64,000 bases of DNA from an uncultured Candidatus Saccharibacteria bacterium. Its GTDB lineage: Bacteria > Patescibacteriota > UBA1384 > 2-12-FULL-50-11. Shown here piece by piece: positions 27,825 to 37,848 of the stretch. The stretch spans positions 218,323 through 282,322 of the forward strand of contig CAZRED010000001.1 of NCBI GenBank assembly GCA_964599405.1. Reading direction: 5' to 3'. A program made the translations under genes and the position numbers. Numbering within the stretch: position 1 is the stretch's first letter; each line of letters starts with the position of its first letter. The notes beneath the pieces are model-generated. The model saw only the letters and a list, made by a program, of their open reading frames with translations. It did no database searches and was not told where the DNA came from.

Positions 27825-29009
27825 CTAATGGTCGCTATCGCCTTGGCCGGTTGTGGCTTTACGTTTGGTCACTTCTTTAACGATTGTTTGAATAATTATT
27901 TCTTGTTTTTCATCAAGTGCCCCCGGTACCGAGAAACCGGCCGCTGGTACATGACCGCCGCCGCCGAATAGTTGGGCGATAGTCGAAACATTAAAACCGG
28001 GCTTAACTGATCGGAGGCTGCCGTTAATCCGGCCTTCTTTCTCGCTCAATAAAAAGACAAAGTCCACATCAATGACATTTTTCAGCAGTTCATCGATCAG
28101 CTCCCCTTTCGATATCGTCTCTGAACCGGTAATTTCTTTAATTTCCCGCTCGCGAATAGTTGCCCAGGCAAAGCCCAGCTCGCGGTTTTCTTCAATATTG
28201 GAAAGAATTCGCCCCCACAGTTTCAACAGAGCCAGCGACTTGGTTTTCAGGACTTTCTCAATAATCTCTTGCTGGCGCGCCCCGGCGGCGATTAATTGGG
28301 CGGCCACGGTTAGGGCCTTCGGCGTGGTATTGGAGTTTTGGAAGCTGCCGGTATCAGTAATCAGGCCCGCCAACAAAGCCGTGGCGATATCTTCGTCGAT
28401 CAATTGCTCATTGCGGCCAAGGGCTTCTATTAATGAAAGGAGAATCTCCGTGGTCGAGCAGGCGGTCATATCCACCCAGTTGACCTTAGCAAAGTAAGAG
28501 TTGGTACTGTGGTGGTCAATTGAAACAGTCGGGACTTCAAATAACAGATCTGGGTACTGCTCCAGCACCGGGCCAATACGCTCTTGGGTAGCGACGTCGA
28601 GCATAACAACTAAATCGTATTTTGGCCGCGACCGAGTGACAGTCACGTCTTCCGGCACTAGCGTCCCCTTCTCTGGTGAGATTACAATCATTACTTGATG
28701 TTTGTCGGCTAGTTTTTTGTGACCCAGGCGCAGCTCCTCGCCGGTGGAGCGGGTGTCAACGGTAATCACCAATTCGTTACTGCCATCGAGTTTTTCTTTA
28801 GCCGCGTCAAACCCAGGCAAAAACTTCAGATTATCAGCCACTTCGCCGCTAAAAATCACATCAACTTGTTTCTTCAATTTCAGCAGGGCCAAACGCAAGC
28901 CCAGTACCGAGCCGATGGCGTCGCCGTCGGGGTCGTGATGGGTCAGGATAAGAACAGAGTTGGCGCTGCGAATTAGTTCAACGATTTGGGATTTCGGCGT
29001 TGCTTCCAT
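27825..29009 (-). CDS. nrnA: DHH-DHHA1 phosphoesterase (NrnA-like oligoribonuclease / pAp phosphatase)
   Basis: HHDPDGDAIGS, DHH, and DHHA1 GGGGHVPAAGF motifs. Confidence 0.8.
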   Translation of the reverse strand: MEATPKSQIVELIRSANSVLILTHHDPDGDAIGSVLGLRLALLKLKKQVDVIFSGEVADNLKFLPGFDAAKEKLDGSNELVITVDTRSTGEELRLGHKKLADKHQVMIVISPEKGTLVPEDVTVTRSRPKYDLVVMLDVATQERIGPVLEQYPDLLFEVPTVSIDHHSTNSYFAKVNWVDMTACSTTEILLSLIEALGRNEQLIDEDIATALLAGLITDTGSFQNSNTTPKALTVAAQLIAAGARQQEIIEKVLKTKSLALLKLWGRILSNIEENRELGFAWATIREREIKEITGSETISKGELIDELLKNVIDVDFVFLLSEKEGRINGSLRSVKPGFNVSTIAQLFGGGGHVPAAGFSVPGALDEKQEIIIQTIVKEVTKRKATTGQGDSDH

Positions 29010-29077
29010 GGTTGTTTACTGGTGTCAGTATACCGAAAAAAATTTTCTCATCAAGTGAGCCGCAGCGGGTTTACAGG

Positions 29078-29110
29078 GGTAGGCAAATATTATATAATTC
29101 TTCCAACATG
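29078..29110 (+). promoter_or_regulatory. sigma70 promoter TTTACA-17-TATAAT upstream of rpsT, followed by a GGCGGGTAAGCCGCC hairpin in the leader
   Basis: Hexamers and spacing read from the sequence. Confidence 0.55.
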
Positions 29111-29152
29111 CCAATCGGCGGGTAAGCCGCCGTAGGCAGTAAAAACAAAAAT

Positions 29153-29485
29153 ATGCCTATCAGCAAATCAGCCAAAAAAGCCCTGCGCGTTTCTTTGAAA
29201 AAGACTTCGCAGAACCGCTACCGCAAAGCCCTAATTAAAGAGGCTCTGAAAAACGTTGACCAAAAATCCGTCAATAAAGCCGTCTCGATGATTGATAAGG
29301 GCGTCAAATGGGGCATTTACCACGGCAACAAAGCCGCTCGCCTGAAAAGCCAGCTCTCCAAAAAGTTCTCGACCAAACCAGACAGCGACAAGCCGTCGGT
29401 CAAGACAAAGACTGCCAAGCCCAAAAAAACGGCTGCTCCTAAGACAGCGGCGAAAAAAGCCCCCTCCAAAGCTAAGAAGAAGTAA
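29153..29485 (+). CDS. rpsT: 30S ribosomal protein S20 with Lys/Ala-rich C-terminal tail
   Basis: SAKKALR...IDKGVKWGIYHGNKAARLKSQL. Confidence 0.85.
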   Translation: MPISKSAKKALRVSLKKTSQNRYRKALIKEALKNVDQKSVNKAVSMIDKGVKWGIYHGNKAARLKSQLSKKFSTKPDSDKPSVKTKTAKPKKTAAPKTAAKKAPSKAKKK

Positions 29486-29521
29486 GTTGGCCGAGCGCTA
29501 AAAAGCTCGTACACTGATATC

Positions 29522-30094
29522 GTGAACGAATCACGAATTCTTGGAATATCCTTGGCTGCTTTCGCGCTACTGCGCAACGCCCTGCTGATCATTCTTCTAG
29601 TGGCGCTGATTATTGTATTCTTTGGCGTCCCCCTGCCAGTTAGCGGCTCCAGTATGGTGCCGAATTTTCAATCTGGTGAATTAGTGGTGGTGGAGAAAAT
29701 TAGCTACTTCGGCGGCAAGGGTGTTCAACGCGGCGACGTGGTGGCCGCCCGCTTCCCGGCCGACCCGAAAAAAACTCGGTTAATTAAACGGGTTATCGGC
29801 CTGCCTGGTGAGTTTATTGAATACCGCGATAGCCAGTTTCACGTTGACGGCGCGCTACTGGAAGAACAGTACCCAATTACCGCCGGAACACCGCCGTACC
29901 AAGAAATTACCTCACTTCAGCTGAAACAAGATGAATATTTTCTAGTTGGCGATAACCGCCCTGGTTCCAGCGACTCCCGCTTGTGGGGGCCGGTTCAGCG
30001 TCAAGACATCCAAGGCCGGGCCGCTTTCGTATTATTTCCAATTAGCCAAATCCGCTATGTCGACCGGCTGTCTAGCGCGCGGCAGGTTGAGTAG
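29522..30094 (+). CDS. lepB: signal peptidase I
   Basis: SGSSMVP (Ser nucleophile), KRVIGLPGE, GDNRPGSSDSR boxes. GTG start as listed. Confidence 0.85.
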   Translation: MNESRILGISLAAFALLRNALLIILLVALIIVFFGVPLPVSGSSMVPNFQSGELVVVEKISYFGGKGVQRGDVVAARFPADPKKTRLIKRVIGLPGEFIEYRDSQFHVDGALLEEQYPITAGTPPYQEITSLQLKQDEYFLVGDNRPGSSDSRLWGPVQRQDIQGRAAFVLFPISQIRYVDRLSSARQVE

Positions 30095-31541
30095 TAATTG
30101 CCAGGACGTGGGAGAGATAGCCAAACAAGGGGAAAACTTTGTTAGCAAATTGGTCAATTGTGCTGATATTAGCGGCGATATACCAGCTGGGCTGGAAGAA
30201 CGGCAGCTCGTAGAACCGGCTGGTCCACTCGGTTTCCACTTCGAAGACAATGGCGTACGGCAGGTAGGCCAGGTACTGCTCTTGGCTGTGAGCGGCGTAG
30301 TTAACCCGCTCCTCGGAAGCCAAAAACTCGCCGAAGGCCAACCACTTCGCCAACTCTCGGTCGCCGTAAATTGTTCGAGCTGGGATACTGCGGGAGAACC
30401 AGAGTACGAGCAATGCCGATATCACCATGCCAACCCAGAAAAATAGAAACAGTTGGGCGCCGGTGACTAAGAATAAATTAGTAAAGAAGCCGCCGATACC
30501 CAACAAAAACAGCAGCAATCCGGCAATTTGGTAGCGCAAGTGGACTCTCAAGGGGTTGGTAGTGAAAAAGCCCAGCTCGCCGATTCGCCGATAAGCCAGT
30601 ACGAACGCTTGGCTAATCCGTTTGCTAAATACTTCTTGAGCCAAAGAGAAGTTAATCTCTTCGGCGCTGGCCTGTTCGTTATTGACCCCGAAAATTTGAT
30701 CGAGAAAAGCCTGCTCAAAGTCTTCTAACTTGTCGGTGCCGACTTGCCGACGGAAGCGAAAGTCGTCGTTAGACAGGTGGCGAATTACCAGGTGACCACG
30801 GTGGGCCAAGTCTAAGAGTGTGGCGGCAATATCGCGGTTGTTGAGCCGGCCGCGCAGCAAAATACCGATCATTGCCGGCGCCAGGCGGCTCGGCGGCTGC
30901 TCCACCTGCTTACCCAGGGCGCTGACCCGACGATTTCGCGCCAGGGCGGTAATTAACAATAGTAAGCCCGCCAGGCTTGGTAAGCCAATCGACACTCCCG
31001 CCCAAACGGCTGGTGGCAGGGCGGCTAACTTTTCACGCAGTTGGAAAACGGCGGTTTTGCTAATTAAATCTTTCGGTACTTCAAATTCAATTGCCAATTG
31101 GGAGTTCGTTCCAATCCCGGTGGCGGTGAATAGAATTGTTCGTGGGTCGTACAGCACGGCGCTCACCGAGTCGGCCCCACCGTTGTTAATCATTCGGTAG
31201 CCAACCGTATCTTCGGTGCCGTTAAACGGCAGCGCCACCACAAAGAACAGCTCTTCAATTAAGCTGTCGGGTTGGTTAATTACCTGAAGACGGTAGCGAT
31301 AGGTGTTGTCGGTGGTAAAAGTTTCGGCATCAGCCTTGGATCGTCCTAGGTAAACTGTGCCGTCGTTGGCTAATTCGTAGTAAACGGTGCTGTCCGGGTT
31401 CCCAGTGAAGCCGAAGTTCTCCACGCCATTGTCGGCTCGTAGTACCCGCAGCTGGGTTGTTACCACCACAAACACAGCGATTAGTAAAAATAGCCCGAGC
31501 GAGCGCTGGTATAAGCCTAGTGACCTAACTAGCTGCCACAT
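30072..31541 (-). CDS. DUF2207-like membrane protein
   Basis: N-terminal signal/TM, extracytoplasmic beta-rich domain, C-terminal multi-TM region. Confidence 0.5.
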   Translation of the reverse strand: MWQLVRSLGLYQRSLGLFLLIAVFVVVTTQLRVLRADNGVENFGFTGNPDSTVYYELANDGTVYLGRSKADAETFTTDNTYRYRLQVINQPDSLIEELFFVVALPFNGTEDTVGYRMINNGGADSVSAVLYDPRTILFTATGIGTNSQLAIEFEVPKDLISKTAVFQLREKLAALPPAVWAGVSIGLPSLAGLLLLITALARNRRVSALGKQVEQPPSRLAPAMIGILLRGRLNNRDIAATLLDLAHRGHLVIRHLSNDDFRFRRQVGTDKLEDFEQAFLDQIFGVNNEQASAEEINFSLAQEVFSKRISQAFVLAYRRIGELGFFTTNPLRVHLRYQIAGLLLFLLGIGGFFTNLFLVTGAQLFLFFWVGMVISALLVLWFSRSIPARTIYGDRELAKWLAFGEFLASEERVNYAAHSQEQYLAYLPYAIVFEVETEWTSRFYELPFFQPSWYIAANISTIDQFANKVFPLFGYLSHVLAITTQPAAR

Positions 31542-31553
31542 CTTCCCCTCGTA

Positions 31554-32405
31554 CTACGCTCCCAAACTCTCCTCCCATAGTGCCTCCCATTTTACCCGGT
31601 TTTGCCGTCGAATGGGTAACTCGGCGATAAACAGCGCTGCGGCCGACTGTTCATCAAGCAGTCCGGTCTTCAGACCCAGGTCTACATCGGCTAATACTTC
31701 GGTAACGGCCCGGCGCTCCGGAGTGGCCGGACGCTTGCGCAACGCCGAAGCGATCATCCCAATCAACAGTTCAATGGGCGCACCGGCAGCGATATCTTGG
31801 CGGATAAAATTAGCGGCGGAGCGCCAGTTGCCGGTTTGAACGGCTCGATACAGAGCGAATTGCTCACTGGGCCGAGCCTTGTTACGGGCCTCTCCCTGGC
31901 CACCCAGCGCCAAGACGGTGATTGCCGTCTCCCCGGCCCATAAATCCGAGCCGTGGTCGCTGACCAACTGCCCAATCTCGCTATCAGTAAGTTGGTGATC
32001 TTGCAGTTTCGCTCGAGCAATTAGGTGGTTTTTCAGAGCGCTCCCGTAAAGAGGGGCAGAACTGATTCGTTTAGCGACTTGCAGTGCTGCTGCCAGGGCA
32101 CTTTTGGCCGGCAGAGCTTTTTCGTCCCAGAGTACTGCCACGGTGCTGGCTGGGCTAGTGGTTAAAAATCCGGCTAAGCTTTCCTGTTCGGCGACAGTCA
32201 GCTGGCCGACTCGCCGGAGAATTACTAAGCGGGTTTGGGCAAATAGCGGCACGGCCTGGAGGTCGGCCCAGTTCAGCACGCCGTCAGCGGCATCAATATC
32301 TAGCAGCTCCACCCCGTCCGGGTTTTTAGCTAAATACTTTCTTTTAATCTGTTGAATCGCCTGGAGCGCCAAGAAGCTATCACTGCCTTCAATAAAAACT
32401 AGCAT
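31554..32405 (-). CDS. holA: DNA polymerase III delta subunit-like protein
   Basis: N-terminal MLVFIEGSDSFLALQAIQQIKRKY resembles the HolA start. Size and helical C-terminus are compatible. Confidence 0.5.
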   Translation of the reverse strand: MLVFIEGSDSFLALQAIQQIKRKYLAKNPDGVELLDIDAADGVLNWADLQAVPLFAQTRLVILRRVGQLTVAEQESLAGFLTTSPASTVAVLWDEKALPAKSALAAALQVAKRISSAPLYGSALKNHLIARAKLQDHQLTDSEIGQLVSDHGSDLWAGETAITVLALGGQGEARNKARPSEQFALYRAVQTGNWRSAANFIRQDIAAGAPIELLIGMIASALRKRPATPERRAVTEVLADVDLGLKTGLLDEQSAAALFIAELPIRRQNRVKWEALWEESLGA

Positions 32406-35095
32406 TACAGCGGCCTCATCTGCGCCCAGTTTGGCCCGACTTTGGTATCGACAATTAGGGGGACTTTTAGCTCGGCGATGCTACCCATCACTTCTTTAAC
32501 CACCTTGGCCACTTTCGCCTCGGCGCCTTTTTCGACTTCAAACAATAGTTCGTCGTGAATCTGCAGTAGCATTTTCGCTTCTGTTGGCAGCTCCCCCTGA
32601 AGTTTGACCATCGAGAGCTTCATCAAATCCGCCACCGTCCCCTGGTTAGGCATGTTAACGGCCATCCGCTCGGCGGCACTGCGCAGCATCATGTTCGGCG
32701 AGTGGATGTCTGGTAGGTAGCGCTTGCGGCCGTAGAGGGTCTCCACCCAACCCTGTTCGCGGGCCTGTCGTTTCATTTTTTCAATAAACGCCGCCACTCC
32801 GGGGAAAGTTTCAAAGTATTTGTCGATAAATTGCCGCGCTACTTCGGTTTTAACGTTCAGATCGCGCGCTAGTGCATTGGCGCCGAGGCCGTAGATAATG
32901 CCGAAATTAATCGCTTTCGCTGCCCGGCGATCCACTCCTAGCCGTTCTGCTACCGCGGCGTGAAAATCGGCGGCGTTGTGGAACGCCTCGATCAGTTGGG
33001 GGTCTTCGCTCAAATGGGCCAACACCCGCAGCTCGGCCTGCGAGTAGTCGGTACCAAGCAGTACTTTGCCCTTATCGGCAATGAAAGCTTGGCGAACCTG
33101 GTTGCCCAACTCGGTGCGGATTGGGATGTTCTGGAGGTTGGGGTTGTTGGAAGAGAGCCGGCCGGTCGCCGCCCCAATCTGGCTATACGACGTGTGAACC
33201 CGGTCGTTACTATCCATCAACACCGGTAGCGTTTCGACGTAGGTATTCAACAGTTTGGCAATTTCCCGGTACTCCAGCACTAGCGCGATAATCGGATGTT
33301 TATCTTTCAGCTTGGCCAAGCTGTCAGCGTCGGTGGAGTAGCCGTTTTTGTTTTTCTTAATGCCAATAATTGGCAAATCGAGCTTCTCAAAAAGAATCTG
33401 TTGAAGTTGGCCGGGCGAAGCCACGTTGAAATCTTCTCCGGCCGCTTGGCGAACAGCGCTTTCGATTTTTTTCAGCTTTGCTTGCAGCTTCCCTTCCAGC
33501 TCTTTCAGATACGGCCGGTCGATTTTAATGCCGTGGGCTTCCATTTCTTCAAGTACGGGCAAGAGCGGCATTTCGATTTCGTAAAACACTTTTTTGACCG
33601 ATTTTTCTTCAACGTCTTTTCGTAGATGCTCAAACAACCGCCAGGTAATTAGGGCATCTTCGCAGGAATAAGCGGCGAGTTTTTCCAGCAGCACTGTCGC
33701 CATCGACTGGTCTTTTTTCTTGCCAATCAATTGGGTGATAGAGATTTTTTTAAAGCCGAGCTCGGAGAAAGAAATGTCGTCGAGCCGGTGAGAATAAAGT
33801 TGGGAGTTGACCAGTTGGGAAGCAATCATTGTGTCAAACCAGACATTTTTTACCGGTAGCCCAGCCCGGCGTAAGACACCGAGGTCGTATTTGATGTTGT
33901 GGCCGATCTTTCGGATATCGGCGTTGCCAAGGACTTCGTTAATACCCGCCCGGATTTTTTCCAGCGGCAGGCCTCTTGGATAGGCCGGGGCCAGCGGCAG
34001 GTAGGCCGAGTCGTCTTTCCCCCAACCAAAGGCAATACCGATTAATTGACCTTCCAAATCAACCGTTTCGGTATCAATTACCAGCATCTCTTGGTTGAGC
34101 AATGTCTCTTTCAGCTCGTTCCAGCGTTTCTCGGTAGTAATCGCTTCGAACGGTAGCTGGGGCTTGAATTCTTCTGGCTCGCCGCTGTTGTCGGCGCCAA
34201 ACAACGTTGCCTGGCCGCCGTTGGAACCGGCCGGTAGCTTAGTTAGGAGCGATTTGAAATCCAATTCATGGAACAGGCCAACCACTTTGGAAAAGTCGAA
34301 GTTCTTCACGTCGGCTTCTTTCAAATTCAAGTCAATTTTCAGATCTTTTTTGATTTCGGCTAACTCCTGCGACATCTCTACCTGCTTTTTATTGTCGCGG
34401 AGAATTGTCTGCGGCCGCTCTTTCAGCTCCTCGAGATGTTGGTAAATCCCTTCGAGGGTTTTATATTTCTCCAGCAACTCGACAGCGGTTTTCGGGCCAA
34501 TGCCGGGTGCGCCAGGAATATTATCGGAAGAGTCGCCAGCCAGGGCTTTGTAATCGACAATTTGCTCCGGGTAAACGCCGATTTTGGCTTTGACGGCCTG
34601 GCGATCGTAGGTCAGCGTATCGGTGACGCCGCGGCGTAAGGAGTAAACCGAAACCATGTCGCCGACCAGCTGGAGGGCGTCGTTATCGCCAGTAACAATC
34701 ACCGCTTCCAGGCCTTTATCGTTGGCGATACGAGCCAGCGAGCCAACCAAATCGTCGGCCTCAACCCCTTTTTGGGCAAAGAGCGGGATATTCAACACTT
34801 CGACGATTTCTTTAACCCGAGGAATTTGCAGGGTCAGGGCGTGGTCGGTTTCTTTGCGGTGGGCTTTGTACTCTTTATATATAACGTTGCGAAACGTGTC
34901 TTTGCCGACATCAAAACAGGCCACGACGTAGTCGGGCTTTTCGTCTTTAATCGCTTTCAGTAACGCGTTGGCAAAGCCGTAAACGGCATTAACTATCTCG
35001 CCTTTCGGCGTGGTTAGCGGCGGAATGGCATGAAACGACCGGTGAATTAAGGCGTTAGCATCCAGTAATAAAATCTTCGGTAAGCCCTTTGACAT
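32405..35095 (-). CDS. polA: DNA polymerase I
   Basis: 5'-3' exonuclease N-terminus, 3'-5' exonuclease region, and polymerase motifs RRAAKAINFGIIYG and QIHDELLFEV. Start taken at MSKGLPKILLLD. Confidence 0.95.
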   Translation of the reverse strand: MSKGLPKILLLDANALIHRSFHAIPPLTTPKGEIVNAVYGFANALLKAIKDEKPDYVVACFDVGKDTFRNVIYKEYKAHRKETDHALTLQIPRVKEIVEVLNIPLFAQKGVEADDLVGSLARIANDKGLEAVIVTGDNDALQLVGDMVSVYSLRRGVTDTLTYDRQAVKAKIGVYPEQIVDYKALAGDSSDNIPGAPGIGPKTAVELLEKYKTLEGIYQHLEELKERPQTILRDNKKQVEMSQELAEIKKDLKIDLNLKEADVKNFDFSKVVGLFHELDFKSLLTKLPAGSNGGQATLFGADNSGEPEEFKPQLPFEAITTEKRWNELKETLLNQEMLVIDTETVDLEGQLIGIAFGWGKDDSAYLPLAPAYPRGLPLEKIRAGINEVLGNADIRKIGHNIKYDLGVLRRAGLPVKNVWFDTMIASQLVNSQLYSHRLDDISFSELGFKKISITQLIGKKKDQSMATVLLEKLAAYSCEDALITWRLFEHLRKDVEEKSVKKVFYEIEMPLLPVLEEMEAHGIKIDRPYLKELEGKLQAKLKKIESAVRQAAGEDFNVASPGQLQQILFEKLDLPIIGIKKNKNGYSTDADSLAKLKDKHPIIALVLEYREIAKLLNTYVETLPVLMDSNDRVHTSYSQIGAATGRLSSNNPNLQNIPIRTELGNQVRQAFIADKGKVLLGTDYSQAELRVLAHLSEDPQLIEAFHNAADFHAAVAERLGVDRRAAKAINFGIIYGLGANALARDLNVKTEVARQFIDKYFETFPGVAAFIEKMKRQAREQGWVETLYGRKRYLPDIHSPNMMLRSAAERMAVNMPNQGTVADLMKLSMVKLQGELPTEAKMLLQIHDELLFEVEKGAEAKVAKVVKEVMGSIAELKVPLIVDTKVGPNWAQMRPL

Positions 35096-35200
35096 TTGCG
35101 TTGAGAATACCGGATTAACCGAGAGGTGGGAAGGGAAAAATGGGTAAAGAAAAAGCCCGAAGCAAAAATGCTTCGGGCCGTCATAAATGTGTTGCCGCAA

Positions 35201-35647
35201 TCATGGGTACTCCAGCCAGGACCTGTTGTCCCATTCTCCCTCTTTACCTCTGACTAGCGACAGGCTATCAAACCTGTAGCTATTCATTAGGGCAAGGAGC
35301 GTTTCAATTGTGCTAAGAAACCCGTTACCATTTTTGCGGTGTCCCTCCATCCTCTCGTTGAATTTCTCACCAGTGTGTTCGAAGAACGAAAGAACGCTAG
35401 TGTCGAAGTCAAGAAAGGTGATTACCCTGAGTTCCCTGGCGTCGTCGTAGATGAATTGTGAGTTGGGCGATCCAACAACGATGACTGTCATCCCCACCTT
35501 CAGCTTTTTTGGTGAAAGAATTTGGCCGGGACGATACACCCGTTTCCTTGAAGTCAAGGAATAATCCTCGAAGTTCTCTTCCGACAGCTCTTCAACCGCC
35601 TCTTCAAAGAAGCGAAGACCTCGGTCTTGATCTTGTAATTTTGACAT
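35201..35647 (-). CDS. hypothetical protein
   Basis: Start moved to the second ATG (MSKLQDQ...), because the predicted -10 and transcription start of the shared promoter lie inside the first 14 codons of the track ORF. AGGAG lies 11 nt upstream. Confidence 0.5.
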   Translation of the reverse strand: MSKLQDQDRGLRFFEEAVEELSEENFEDYSLTSRKRVYRPGQILSPKKLKVGMTVIVVGSPNSQFIYDDARELRVITFLDFDTSVLSFFEHTGEKFNERMEGHRKNGNGFLSTIETLLALMNSYRFDSLSLVRGKEGEWDNRSWLEYP

Positions 35648-35674
35648 GTATCTGTGCACTCCTGCGTTTGAGCG

Positions 35675-35712
35675 CAATAACCATACCATATCTAACCTGA
35701 AAAGTCAAGGGC
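35675..35712 (-). promoter_or_regulatory. promoter carrying the shared CCCTTGACTTTTCAGGT motif (-35 TTGACT, 17 bp, -10 TATGGT)
   Basis: The minus strand reads CCCTTGACTTTTCAGGTTAGATATGGTATGG. Confidence 0.5.
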
Positions 35713-35780
35713 TAGGGTAGGTATTTTGGGTAAAGAAAAGGCCGCGCTTTCGCGCGGCCAGTGGCTGGGGCATTGAATTG

Positions 35781-36254
35781 TTACTCCGGACGAACGAACA
35801 CCCAATTTGTACTTCCGCCGTACCGGTTAATCGCCTCGCCATTACTGGCGTGCAACCACGTTCTTTTATCGCGTCGAACAATCGCGTAAACGTGCGGATT
35901 ATCACAGGAGTCCTTAATCGGATCCATTGCGACCAGAAGATCTTCCTCCGTAGGGAGGGCCTCACATTGGAGCAGAAGCTGGGGCCCAGCTTCAGACGGG
36001 CAACGCCCGAGGCCTAGCTTGGTGGCGGCATCAAACGTCTCAGCGACAGTGCAACCATCCGGGAACCCAAGCTCTTCGTTGGATCGAACAACCAAGTTCA
36101 GATCTGTCGGCTCGCCGACAGCACTGGTCTTGTACAGCATGTCGTGGGCCCAATCACTGATACTGTGACCTTTTCTTCCTAGTTGTTCGCGAAACGTCCC
36201 TGGATTGACGTCCCCAAGACGGATCATCATCTTGACTTGCAAGTTCTGAGTCAT
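35781..36254 (-). CDS. hypothetical protein
   Basis: The track ORF starts at a TTG. The first ATG (MTQNLQVK...) at 36254 is used. No motif recognised. Confidence 0.5.
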   Translation of the reverse strand: MTQNLQVKMMIRLGDVNPGTFREQLGRKGHSISDWAHDMLYKTSAVGEPTDLNLVVRSNEELGFPDGCTVAETFDAATKLGLGRCPSEAGPQLLLQCEALPTEEDLLVAMDPIKDSCDNPHVYAIVRRDKRTWLHASNGEAINRYGGSTNWVFVRPE

Positions 36255-36292
36255 ATTTTTAACACCCGCTGGTGAGTTACACACCAGAATTA

Positions 36293-36330
36293 GGCGCAAT
36301 ATACCATATCCAACTTAAAAAGCCAAGGGT
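36293..36330 (-). promoter_or_regulatory. promoter, diverged copy of the shared motif (-35 TTGGCT, 17 bp, -10 TATATT)
   Basis: The minus strand reads CCCTTGGCTTTTTAAGTTGGATATGGTATATT. Confidence 0.5.
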
Positions 36331-36447
36331 TGTAGTAGGTATTTTCGCATTTAAAATTATCGCAAAAGCGGCGAACCTGACCCACAGCAGGTCCGAGAGC
36401 CAGCTTTTGCTCCTCGCCCCTGCGGGAAGCGTGGCGGGGGTGGAGGT

Positions 36448-36496
36448 GCAGGAGGAAGGGGGCGGCCTTCGCAACATGAGCCCCCTACCTCCTGCA
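36448..36496 (-). terminator. GC-rich hairpin downstream of the Mur-ligase gene (GCAGGAGGNAGGGGGC stem), followed by a second hairpin and U-run at 36355-36410
   Basis: Inverted repeats read directly. The second element GCAAAAGC...GCTTTTGC is followed by ATAATTTTAAAT on the minus strand. Confidence 0.5.
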
Positions 36497-36504
36497 AAAA
36501 GCAA

Positions 36505-37848
36505 TTAAACTCGATATTTTTCCAGCAGTTTTTCCAAAACTTCCCTGTCCGAAAACGGCACTAATTGACTACCGACCGCCATCACTTTTTCCGCCCCCTT
36601 GCCGGTAACCAGCACCATATCCTGCGGCCGGGCTAGCTCTAGTGCCCGCTCGATAGCGACTTCGCGGTTCGGCACCCGCCACCACCACAAATCTTCGCCG
36701 CTTTCGCGGTACTTGAACGGCACTTCCGACTCTTTGTTGATTTTCATTCGCCCCCGTTTCGGCCGCCCTTTGGAGATGCCGTTAGCGACTTCGTTGATAA
36801 TTTGCTCCGGATCTTCGTCGTAGGGGTCTTCGTTCGTCACAAAAACATAATCAGCGTAGGTGCCGGCCAGCGCGCCTAAAATTGGCCGTTTGGTTTTGTC
36901 GCGCCGCCCCGTGGCTCCCAAAACCGAGATTAGCTTGCCCCGAACTGTTGGCTTAACAGTTTCATAGACTTTTTGGAGGGCATCAGGGGTGTGGGCGTAG
37001 TCAACAATTACTGTAAACGGCTGGCCAACGTCCACCACTTCCATTCGCCCCGGCACGGCGGTGACGCGACGCAAGCCAACCACCACCGCTTCAATCGGCA
37101 AACCCAGCCCAATCCCGACCGTGGCGGCGGCCAAGGCGTTGTAAACATTGAACTCTCCCGGTAACGGCAGGTTAATACTGGCCTGGCGCTGGCCAATCAC
37201 CAGCACGAAATCGGTCCCGCCCGGGCGGGCATAGAGTTTTTTGGCGGCAATTAGCGGCTGACCGTGCAGGCCGTAAGTTAGCACGTGATCGGCCGGGTAC
37301 TTAAGAAAATCCTTGGCGTAGGGGTCGTCGTGGTTAACCACTGACAGCTCCGGATGGTGGGCAAAAAGCTGCTCTTTAGCCAGGCGATACTCGGTCATGG
37401 TCGTGTGATAGTCCAAGTGGTCGTGAGTGAGGTTGGTAAAGACGGCGGTGTGAAACTCCAGCCCCCAGAGCCGGTGCTGGTCGAGAGCAATGGAAGTAAC
37501 TTCAATCACGGCGTCTTCACAGCCGGCTTCGACCATTTTTTTCAGCAATTTCTGTAGAGCAAATGGCGAGACGGTCGTCATTTTAATGTTGTTTTCAATC
37601 AGCTCACCGCCAATTTTGAAGGTGGTGGTGGAGCTCATACCAACTTTTCGGCCGCCGGCCTCCAAAATTGAAGCAATCATATGACAGGTGGTGGTTTTGC
37701 CGTTAGTACCGGTAACACCGATAATTCTTAGTTTTTTGGCTGGGAAACCGTAAACGACGTTCGCCAACATCGCCAGTACTAAGTGGTAACGGTTTATCAT
37801 TTTGCGGCTAAAGACTTTGCGGCCGATGTTTTTTAGAAAGTTGGTCAT
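36505..37848 (-). CDS. Mur ligase family protein (MurE-like UDP-MurNAc-peptide ligase)
   Basis: GVTGTNGKTTT P-loop, DYAHTPDAL, central and C-terminal Mur ligase domains. Exact substrate not assignable. Confidence 0.7.
   Translation of the reverse strand: MTNFLKNIGRKVFSRKMINRYHLVLAMLANVVYGFPAKKLRIIGVTGTNGKTTTCHMIASILEAGGRKVGMSSTTTFKIGGELIENNIKMTTVSPFALQKLLKKMVEAGCEDAVIEVTSIALDQHRLWGLEFHTAVFTNLTHDHLDYHTTMTEYRLAKEQLFAHHPELSVVNHDDPYAKDFLKYPADHVLTYGLHGQPLIAAKKLYARPGGTDFVLVIGQRQASINLPLPGEFNVYNALAAATVGIGLGLPIEAVVVGLRRVTAVPGRMEVVDVGQPFTVIVDYAHTPDALQKVYETVKPTVRGKLISVLGATGRRDKTKRPILGALAGTYADYVFVTNEDPYDEDPEQIINEVANGISKGRPKRGRMKINKESEVPFKYRESGEDLWWWRVPNREVAIERALELARPQDMVLVTGKGAEKVMAVGSQLVPFSDREVLEKLLEKYRV

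Noticed and set aside
36272-36508. ORFs 36272..36508 (+) and 36277..36504 (-)
   Set aside because: Cover tandem terminator hairpins and the promoter of the adjacent gene. Low-complexity G/A-rich translation.
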